Shown: positions 56,969-64,000 of the stretch, in pieces
Layout of the letters: every line of letters begins with the position of its first letter
Numbering within the stretch: the stretch's first letter is position 1
DNA from: a virus
Reading direction: 5' to 3' (one strand)
Length of the DNA: 64,000 nt
Virus genome (UHGV): UHGV-1372088
Made by a program: the position numbers and the translations under genes
The notes under the pieces: model-generated
What the model saw: the letters and a program-made list of their open reading frames with translations, nothing else
Databases searched by the model: none
What the model was told of the DNA's origin: nothing

Positions 56969-57991
56969 ATGAGCCTCGACCTCGATCACCAAAAAGCCAT
57001 CGAAAACAGTTCAGTTGAGACAGTCGCCTATCTGGAACAGTGTCGGGCGATGTCCGGCAAGCAGCTGCTGGACGCCCCGGACGAAATGACATTTGAGATG
57101 GGCTTCCGCATTTTCACCAGGCTTTCACTTCTCGTCACCCGGCGCCGGCCGGAGATAGCGGTCCACTGTGTCCTGATTCACATCATGCCGATGTTGCAAT
57201 CAAAACAAATTGCCGCCATAAAGCGATCCGACATTAACAAAATCATAAATGGCCTGGTGCTGGACGGCAAGATTGTCCAGAGCCGACGAGTCTTTTCTGT
57301 TATGAAACAGTTCCTTAGCTGGTGCGAGTTCCAGGGCCACATCGAGACGTCGCCCCTGGCGTCCATCTCGCTAAATAAGGTTGCCGGCGGCGTTCGCATG
57401 AAGCCGAGAGAGCGGATCTTGAGCGACGAAGAGATAAACCTGTTCTGGACGATGTGGGATTTGGCCGACGTTGACGACTGCACCAAGTGGGCCGCCCGCC
57501 TCATTCTCTGTTCAGCCAGAAGACCGGATGAGGTGCTAAGGGCCAGGCGCAGTGAGTTCGATCTTGATAGAGATGTATGGAATCAGGGTACGCGCAACAA
57601 GTCCGCAAGACGACACACACTCCCCATAAGTCCAATTATGAGGGAGTGTATTGAGTCATTGTTTTTGGCCGGAGGTAACAGCGAGTGGCTGGTTCCGTCA
57701 AAAAGAAGGGAGGGCAATCCGGTATCCAAAGTGCTGATTTCTCAGGCATCACGTCGGATACAGGGATTGTCCTACAGTGGATTTAATGAACCTTTTGAGA
57801 TTCGAGACTTAAGGCGCACAGCCAGAAGTGCGTTTTCGCGCCTTAAGATCTCTCAAGAGGTAGCACGACAAATTATGAATCACTCGCCAGAAGGTCTGGA
57901 TAACGTATACAACAAGCACGACTACTTGGATGAAATGGCCGAAGCTATGTTGAAATATTCAACCTTTTTAAGAAGTTGCATTAAAGGGTAG
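56969..57991 (+). CDS. int: tyrosine recombinase / integrase
   Basis: RDLRRTARSAF (R box) and HSPEG...NVYNKHDY (H-x-x-R-like region and catalytic Y). Confidence 0.7.
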   Translation: MSLDLDHQKAIENSSVETVAYLEQCRAMSGKQLLDAPDEMTFEMGFRIFTRLSLLVTRRRPEIAVHCVLIHIMPMLQSKQIAAIKRSDINKIINGLVLDGKIVQSRRVFSVMKQFLSWCEFQGHIETSPLASISLNKVAGGVRMKPRERILSDEEINLFWTMWDLADVDDCTKWAARLILCSARRPDEVLRARRSEFDLDRDVWNQGTRNKSARRHTLPISPIMRECIESLFLAGGNSEWLVPSKRREGNPVSKVLISQASRRIQGLSYSGFNEPFEIRDLRRTARSAFSRLKISQEVARQIMNHSPEGLDNVYNKHDYLDEMAEAMLKYSTFLRSCIKG

Positions 57992-58361
57992 ACTTCAGAC
58001 GCTCTATCTCCGCCGTCAACTCTTCTTTGGATTTCTTCAGTAGTTCGTTTTCTTTACGGAGTGCGTCGAGGTCTGCCTCGAACTTCTTCACCATCTTCTC
58101 TTCACGGGTGGCGAAGTGGTTGAAAATGGCAGGCTCGCGTTCTTCCAGAACCATCATCATAAATTTGTGGCCGTTGATTCCAGTTGCATAGGCAAATGGA
58201 AGGACGCGGTCGAATGATAGATGTGTTTTCCCGGCCTTGATAATTGAGAGAGTGTTTACGTTGGGGAACCCCACTTCAGTCGCTATTTGACCTTGTGTTT
58301 TTCCAGAGTCGATTATAGCCGCATCCATGAGGGGGCGGTATTTGCCGATATCTACTGTCAT
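57981..58361 (-). CDS. HTH (XRE-family) repressor-like protein
   Basis: TQGQIATEVGFPNVNTLSIIKAGK helix-turn-helix and a C-terminal coiled coil. Convergent with int. Confidence 0.55.
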   Translation of the reverse strand: MTVDIGKYRPLMDAAIIDSGKTQGQIATEVGFPNVNTLSIIKAGKTHLSFDRVLPFAYATGINGHKFMMMVLEEREPAIFNHFATREEKMVKKFEADLDALRKENELLKKSKEELTAEIERLKSTL

Positions 58362-58699
58362 TTAATTCACCTTTTCGATGATATTTGAAGTTTGCTGCTT
58401 GTTTGTTGTTCTATGAGAATATCTTAACTAAGTAAGTACATACAATATAGCACAGATAAATATACAGATACACAGCATAAAAACAAGTTAAGGTCATCGC
58501 CTCAATAACTACTTGTTTAGGTAGGTTTTTTTAACTTGACAACCATCAAGGCCAGTAACAATCTTTTACAAAATGGCAGAATTATGTCAAAAATGTGAAT
58601 TTATTAACTTAAGAATATTCCTTTTATTGTAATTGCAGAGTATATTCACGCTTATATTTTTGATAGATGTGAGACTTACAGGGATAAGGTTTTTGAAAT
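58362..58699. promoter_or_regulatory. AT-rich switch/promoter region
   Basis: ~340 bp, very AT-rich, with ttgacaacca and multiple tacaga/tacaca repeats, between the repressor-like gene (minus) and plus-strand genes. Confidence 0.4.
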
Positions 58700-58921
58700 A
58701 TGCAAGATACAATCAATTCGCTGGAAAATTTGAAGGTTATGACCTCCCTTATCCTTTCGCGGGAGGTGGCGGCAACACTAAGTGTTGATTATCAATTCAC
58801 CCCTATCAACGAGCAATGTCAGGATCTTCTGGCCTCTGTTCTGACGTCCGGCGACAAGAAGTTCGCGGTCATGCAGCACCCCATCAACAGCACCCTGGCC
58901 ATCATCTACCGCTTCGTTTAG
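58700..58921 (+). CDS. small hypothetical protein
   Basis: 73-aa ORF. Confidence 0.25.
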   Translation: MQDTINSLENLKVMTSLILSREVAATLSVDYQFTPINEQCQDLLASVLTSGDKKFAVMQHPINSTLAIIYRFV

Positions 58922-59005
58922 TACGCCCCCTTACTTTGATCGTTGAGTGCCGCTGTAAGATGTTTATACTTAGTTTATAAGTAAACACTTACAGAGGCAT
59001 TAGAT

Positions 59006-61072
59006 ATGGCAACCGCGCAGCAAGTATCCATTTTCCGTGACGCAATTAAGAAAGTAACAACCATCCTTGCTGGTAAAGACTTGCCTGTCATTGAGCGTGG
59101 GCGAAAAGCCTATGTTCGATATCACAACGACGAGCCCGTCGAAATCTGCATCCCATCCATACCGGATGACGCAAGCGAGAAGTTCATGGAGGCGATTCGT
59201 GGATTTGTCGATCATGAAGTCGCGCACATACTTTTCACCGACAACAAGGCCATCACGGCAGCCACTGGCGGGAAGAAGATTAAGGCGTTTTTCATCCTGA
59301 ATGCGGTAGAGGACGTCTTCATTGAAAAGAAGATGTCGAAGCTGTTTGCCGGTTCCAACGCCAACCTCATCGCCACCCGTCGTCACGTCATTGAGGACGT
59401 TTTCACGCCTCGCTTACGCGATGCTCTGGCCCAGAGTGCAGATGAGGTCCAGCTGTTCCGTAACTTCTTCCTTGTGCCAGCGCTACGTTCGTGGGGCGGC
59501 CAGTTGGACTTCATCTCCTTCATGGAGGAGCACGGAAAGCATGTAGGCGAAGTCTGCGCTTTCCTTGAAGGCAAAGGTATTCGCGCTGATATTGAGAACC
59601 TGGATAAGAGTCTCGATTCGCTGGCGCTCGCCGGAAAAATCACCAAGTGGCTCAATGAGTTTTCGGATCTGAAAGAGAAAGACGAACCAGAAAAAGAGAA
59701 GTCCGAGGCGAAAGAAAAGCCTGAAGAATCGGAGGAAGAAGCCGAGGAAGATCAGCCAGACGAAGAAGTTGAAGATGCTGATGAGGGCGACGAAGAGGTT
59801 GGCGAAGACGAAGACGAAGATGAATCCGAAGCCGAAGATGCTGACGAAGACGCTGACGAAGCCGAAGACGCTGACGAAGCCGAAGAGGGTGACGAAGCCG
59901 AAGAGAGTGACGAAGCCGAAGAGAGTGACGAAGCCGAAGAGAGTGACGAAGCCGAAGACGCTGACGAAGCCGAAGAGGATGATCTGCCTTCTCTCATCGA
60001 CGCTCTTATGAAAGCTGAAAGCAGCGATGGTGATGATCTGTCTATCGAAAAGGCGCTGAATGAAATCATGGGCATTGAGGAAGTGATGTCCACTGAAGAC
60101 AAAAGCTACCGCCCTTTTGAGCGCACTAGCGACTATATGGGGCCTCTGGAAGACGCAGACGCCTTTATGCGAAAAGTATTTGGAGACCCAGAGAACAGCC
60201 GTCTGTACGTGGCTCCATATGGCGTTGAAGGCTATAAAATTGAGGACGACGAGAGATGTCTTCGTACCTTTTCTCGGATCGGCAAAAAAATGGACGCAGG
60301 TGATGATACCGCAGCGGCGATAGCCAAAGACCTGGAACGCGCCATCGCATCCAAAAACAGGACCATGTTTATCCCCGGCCAAAAGAAAGGGAAGGTTCAT
60401 GGGCCGAGTCTGTATCGCCTCAACATGAATGATGACCGCGTGTTCCGCCAGAAGGACGAGAAGCGAGCGGTTAATGCGTGTGTGCAGCTGGCGATCGATA
60501 TGTCGGGCTCAATGTCGGGCGAGCGCATCCATATGGCGGCAATGGCAGCATATACGATGGCAAAGGCGCTGGATGCCATCAAGGTTCCTTGCATCGTTAC
60601 TGGCTTCACCACTGGCACAATGCCAAGAGGGAGTTGGCATAACGAGTCCACCAGCAGACCCTTCACACGATTTGAATCGCTTTTCCTTCCTATCCTGAAA
60701 GGATGGAATCGCAAGGCAGACTCTCTGGAAACTCGTCGTAATTTGGGCCACGTTATGAAAGGCGTACCACTGCTCAACAATGTCGACGGTGAAAGCATTC
60801 GCTCTCTTTCGCGTCACTTCAATGATCGCAAAGAGGACCGCAAGATAATGATTGTGCTCAGCGACGGTGAACCACATGCAGTTGGTCGCGGATTCGCCAA
60901 CGACTTGAGGAAAGCGGTTGGCGACATTGAGCAAACTGGCATCGACCTGTATGGCGTGGGCATCCAGACCACTGCACCAAAAAGGTTCTACACAAAGTCG
61001 GTCGTTATCCACAATCTGCCAGACCTTGGCAAAGAATTAATCAGACTGATTGCGGGATCTCTGATCGAGTAA
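59006..61072 (+). CDS. VWA-domain protein with a long acidic repeat (CobT-like)
   Basis: Central region encoded by 18-bp tandem repeats (DEAEESDEAEE...). C-terminal VWA/MIDAS-like DMSGSMSG. Confidence 0.6.
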   Translation: MATAQQVSIFRDAIKKVTTILAGKDLPVIERGRKAYVRYHNDEPVEICIPSIPDDASEKFMEAIRGFVDHEVAHILFTDNKAITAATGGKKIKAFFILNAVEDVFIEKKMSKLFAGSNANLIATRRHVIEDVFTPRLRDALAQSADEVQLFRNFFLVPALRSWGGQLDFISFMEEHGKHVGEVCAFLEGKGIRADIENLDKSLDSLALAGKITKWLNEFSDLKEKDEPEKEKSEAKEKPEESEEEAEEDQPDEEVEDADEGDEEVGEDEDEDESEAEDADEDADEAEDADEAEEGDEAEESDEAEESDEAEESDEAEDADEAEEDDLPSLIDALMKAESSDGDDLSIEKALNEIMGIEEVMSTEDKSYRPFERTSDYMGPLEDADAFMRKVFGDPENSRLYVAPYGVEGYKIEDDERCLRTFSRIGKKMDAGDDTAAAIAKDLERAIASKNRTMFIPGQKKGKVHGPSLYRLNMNDDRVFRQKDEKRAVNACVQLAIDMSGSMSGERIHMAAMAAYTMAKALDAIKVPCIVTGFTTGTMPRGSWHNESTSRPFTRFESLFLPILKGWNRKADSLETRRNLGHVMKGVPLLNNVDGESIRSLSRHFNDRKEDRKIMIVLSDGEPHAVGRGFANDLRKAVGDIEQTGIDLYGVGIQTTAPKRFYTKSVVIHNLPDLGKELIRLIAGSLIE

Positions 61073-61182
61073 CGTTCTTTTTTCCAACCTAAAAATATGT
61101 ATGTACTTACTTGCTTACCTATATCGAGTAAGTACAATTCATATAACTAAACGACATTACTCAAATAACGACGGAGATACGC

Positions 61183-62412
61183 ATGGATCAGGTTAAAGAA
61201 GTTGCTGCGGAAAACGAAGGTTCTGAGTGCATTCAGTGCTCGTGGTGTGGCGAGTATAGCCACCACATAGGCCAGCATCTTCTTAAAGGTCGCTGCAACA
61301 ACATTCCTGCGGAGCTCGTTGGTCTGGAGCCAGCCGAACTGTTCAAAAAGTACAAGGCGATGCATCCAGACGCCCCAACCATGAGCCAGCTGGCGGCGGC
61401 GAAGATCCGCGAAGCATACAAGAAGGCAGATGGGAAAGTGTCGGCGAAGGATGAGGTTGTCAGCTACGCCATTGCCGAATTTAAAACAGAGCTAGTGCCA
61501 GCTCACGGGGTGTTTGGGTTAAAGCTGTCGGCACTCTCTCGCAGCAATGGCGAGCCGCTGATGGTCAACGTAAACGTCAATACGCCGTTCCCAGAACTGG
61601 TCCCGGAGATCCGCGAGGACTATGTCTTCGGTGATGTCGAGTTGCTGAAAGATGTCCTGATGATGCTGGAAACCGGTATCCCAGGCTACATCTTCGGCCA
61701 CGCTGGTACTGGCAAAAGCACAATTATTTCGCAGGTTTGCGCTCGCCTTAATCGTCCGATGATCCGCGCCCAACATACAGCGTCGACTGAAGAGTCGCAA
61801 ATCGTCGGCCAGATTCTGGCGAAAAACGGCAGCACTTACTTCGAGCCTGGTCTTCTGTCTCTGGCTATGCGCTTAGGTTGGGTTTATCTGGCGGATGAGT
61901 ACGACTTTGCCTACCCACAAATCCTCGGAATCTATCAGCCGGTTCTTGAAGGCGAGGCGCTGACGTTGAAAGAGGCCACTCCAGAGTGGAGAACCGTTAA
62001 ACCACACGCCAAGTTCGCTTTCATCGGTACTGGTAACACCAACGGATCAGGCGATGAAACCGGTCTGTATCAAGGTACGAACATTCAGAACGCCGCCAAC
62101 TTCTCACGCTTTGGCATCGTGGCTGAATCCCAATACATGAAGGCGGCGCAGGAAATCGACATGCTGGTCAATATCGGCGTCGACTTCGATTCGGCTAAGA
62201 ATCTGGTGAAGTTCGCGACGGAAGTTCGCTCCGCTTACATCTCAGGAAAGGTGTCGCAGCCAATCGGTCCGCGTGAGCTGAAGCTGGCAGCCATCGTCGG
62301 TCTGGCACGAGGCAATCTCTCTCTTGGCATCAACAAGGCATACGCCAACAAGATGCCGTCCGTCAGCGCCCAGGTCGTCCGTGAAATAGCCCAGCGCATC
62401 TTCGGTGTCTAA
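61183..62412 (+). CDS. AAA+ ATPase (MoxR/CobS-like)
   Basis: Walker A GHAGTGKST. Adjacent to the VWA partner. Confidence 0.6.
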   Translation: MDQVKEVAAENEGSECIQCSWCGEYSHHIGQHLLKGRCNNIPAELVGLEPAELFKKYKAMHPDAPTMSQLAAAKIREAYKKADGKVSAKDEVVSYAIAEFKTELVPAHGVFGLKLSALSRSNGEPLMVNVNVNTPFPELVPEIREDYVFGDVELLKDVLMMLETGIPGYIFGHAGTGKSTIISQVCARLNRPMIRAQHTASTEESQIVGQILAKNGSTYFEPGLLSLAMRLGWVYLADEYDFAYPQILGIYQPVLEGEALTLKEATPEWRTVKPHAKFAFIGTGNTNGSGDETGLYQGTNIQNAANFSRFGIVAESQYMKAAQEIDMLVNIGVDFDSAKNLVKFATEVRSAYISGKVSQPIGPRELKLAAIVGLARGNLSLGINKAYANKMPSVSAQVVREIAQRIFGV

Positions 62413-62415
62413 TCC

Positions 62416-62607
62416 ATGAATAAAGGCTGCTTCGGATCATACGTCGTGGCGTCTGAAGTGAATGAGGTTTGTCTGGCTTGCCCAGACAAGCCTCTTTGCC
62501 ACGAAAAGGTAAAAGAGACGCTGAAAGAACATTTCGGGGATGTTGAAGGCTTCCCCATCGACAACATAGGAAAGCGCAGAAAAAGCGCTAAGGCTAAAAA
62601 CACATGA
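62416..62607 (+). CDS. small Cys-rich hypothetical protein
   Basis: 63 aa with CFGSY...CLACPDKPLCH. Confidence 0.25.
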   Translation: MNKGCFGSYVVASEVNEVCLACPDKPLCHEKVKETLKEHFGDVEGFPIDNIGKRRKSAKAKNT

Positions 62608-64000
62608 AAACTTTACTCATTCGCACCGACTTTTCTTTGGGCGAATCGTCTCTTAAGGCGAACAGAGCGCCCATCGTTGCAGCGGAGAAAGGTTACACCT
62701 CGATCATTGTCGCAGATACCAACAATATCGCAGCCATTATCCCGGCCCAGCAGAATGCGCCTGAAGGATTCGATGTGATCGCCGGCGTTCGGGTGCTACT
62801 CGTTGACGACGTGGAGTATGAGCATCGCTTACGTGAAGAAGGGATCGCCAAGAAGGATGCGCCAGCGCCAGTGAGAAAGCGGATGTATAGCTTTACCATT
62901 CTCGTGAAGAACGACGCAGGGTATGGCGATGTGTGCGAGCTACTGACTATCGCCAATATGCGCGAAAACTTTTATATGGTTCCTCGACTGTCTATCGACC
63001 ATTTGGCCGCCATCTATGCTCGCGGCAATGTGATCATCATGAACAGCGATCGCGACAGTGTTTTCCACCGCGACGACTTCGTTAAAATCATTTCTGCGTT
63101 GGTCCGTTCCGGCGGCGCAGAGAACTTCTACAGCGTCGTTTACCCGATCTCCACTCCATTGTATGACCAACTCAATTCACGCGCTCTGAAGGTCGCACAA
63201 GCGCTTAAATTGAATCCTGTGGCCATGTACCCCGCTTACTACGAAAGTGAGGAAGATGCTGACCTGAAAGACGTCGCGCACCTCGTCATCAACAACATCA
63301 AACTCGATCAGGATTATCGCTTCCGCTTCCCGTATCAGCGCGACAACGGCATTCAGGATCGCAAGCATTTACTGACCCGGCTGAAAGAGTTTTCTATCCG
63401 CATGGGCGTACCGGTTCATCCTGATATGGTCACGGTCAATCAGGACAAAATGACGGAAGCATGTGCGTGGCGGTGGAAGCCAATGCCAGTCACGCTGCCA
63501 AAGCTGGCAGACAACGAGGCGAAAGCGCTGACGGAGCTGGCCATCGCCGGCTTGCGTAAGCGTTTAACGACAATCCAGTTTGGCTACAAGCCGAATACAA
63601 AAGACTTCGGCATATACACCGCTCGCCTGAAGTACGAACTGGAAACGCTTATCAAGTTGGGTTTCTGCGGTTACTTCCTGATGGTGGAGAATCTGATCAG
63701 CTGGGCGCGGAGTAACGACATTCCGACCGGCCCAGGTCGTGGTTCTGCGGCGGGTTCGTTGGTGGCGTGGGCCATTGGTATTACTAACATCGATCCGATT
63801 CGCCACGGCTTGCTGTTTGAGCGATTCATCAACCCAGAGCGTCTCGACTTACCGGACGTCGATGCCGACTTCAGTCAGGTCCATCGCCCACGAGTTCTGG
63901 AGTATCTGGAATCCCATTACGGCGAAGAGTATGTGGCCGGCATCCCCAACTTCACCTATCTGGGGATGGCGTCGGCATTGCGCGATACAGGTCGTATCTT
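62604..64000 (+). CDS. dnaE: DNA polymerase III alpha (DnaE-like), N-terminal part; reading frame interrupted by a -1 shift near 63597-63602
   Basis: Frame 0 (62604-63629) encodes a PHP-like N-terminus collinear with DnaE. Frame 2 from 63560 encodes LGFCGYFLMV...PGRGSAAGSLVAWAIGIT..DP...LLFERFINPER, the DnaE palm region. The two frames overlap over 63560-63626. Confidence 0.7.
   Translation, partial: MKTLLIRTDFSLGESSLKANRAPIVAAEKGYTSIIVADTNNIAAIIPAQQNAPEGFDVIAGVRVLLVDDVEYEHRLREEGIAKKDAPAPVRKRMYSFTILVKNDAGYGDVCELLTIANMRENFYMVPRLSIDHLAAIYARGNVIIMNSDRDSVFHRDDFVKIISALVRSGGAENFYSVVYPISTPLYDQLNSRALKVAQALKLNPVAMYPAYYESEEDADLKDVAHLVINNIKLDQDYRFRFPYQRDNGIQDRKHLLTRLKEFSIRMGVPVHPDMVTVNQDKMTEACAWRWKPMPVTLPKLADNEAKALTELAIAGLRKRLTTIQFGYKPNTKDFGIYTARLKYELETLIKLGFCGYFLMVENLISWARSNDIPTGPGRGSAAGSLVAWAIGITNIDPIRHGLLFERFINPERLDLPDVDADFSQVHRPRVLEYLESHYGEEYVAGIPNFTYLGMASALRDTGRI

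Overview
This window looks like a single tailed-phage (siphovirus-type) genome segment with a plasmid-like maintenance layer. Everything below is read by eye from the sequence and the supplied ORF track; no searches or folding programs were run.

Gene modules, left to right:
- 239-2113 (minus strand): a superfamily-2 helicase with a small co-directional ORF.
- 2188-5878: an accessory cassette of two ParB-N-like proteins, a minimal ABC ATPase, an HExxH protein, a GNAT-like protein and a small putative DNA-binding protein.
- 6009-15331: packaging, head and tail-tube genes (TerS, TerL, portal, scaffold, capsid, Ig-like decoration protein, head-tail joining proteins, major tail protein).
- 15376-23183: lambda-like tail genes (G/T chaperones, tape measure, and M-L-K-I homologues).
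- 23192-38704: one 5170-aa gpJ-like central fibre ORF, followed by a second fibre with a peptidase-S74-type C-terminal chaperone domain.
- 40351-41776: a lysis cluster with embedded Rz/Rz1-type spanins.
- 42046-43609: a ParA/ParG-like partition pair followed by a structured repeat-rich intergenic region.
- 43610-50180: replication genes (DnaB-like helicase, primase, ATP-dependent ligase).
- 50920-52080: an ORF-free stretch with tRNA-like elements.
- 52863-55800: Dam methylase, PhoH, a glutaredoxin-like protein.
- 55919-58361: a Phd/RelE-type toxin-antitoxin pair, a tyrosine recombinase next to a perfect 31-bp palindrome, and a convergent XRE-type repressor.
- 59006-64000: a CobT/CobS-like VWA + AAA+ pair, then the N-terminal part of a DnaE-type Pol III alpha gene.

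The most notable observations:
- The gpJ homologue carries about 12 kb of inserted tandem CBM4_9-like modules and 33-aa repeats.
- A canonical C_CCA_AAG -1 slippery site appends a Big_2 domain to the major tail protein.
- A TATGTA-N6-TACATA palindrome recurs in many intergenic regions.
- A 60-bp element is present three times, two copies inverted around a hairpin-rich candidate centromere/origin.
- The combination of partition, addiction and recombinase/palindrome genes suggests a phage-plasmid lifestyle.
- The ParB-ParB-ATPase-HExxH-GNAT cassette is uncharacterised.
- The DnaE reading frame is broken by a -1 shift at an A-run.
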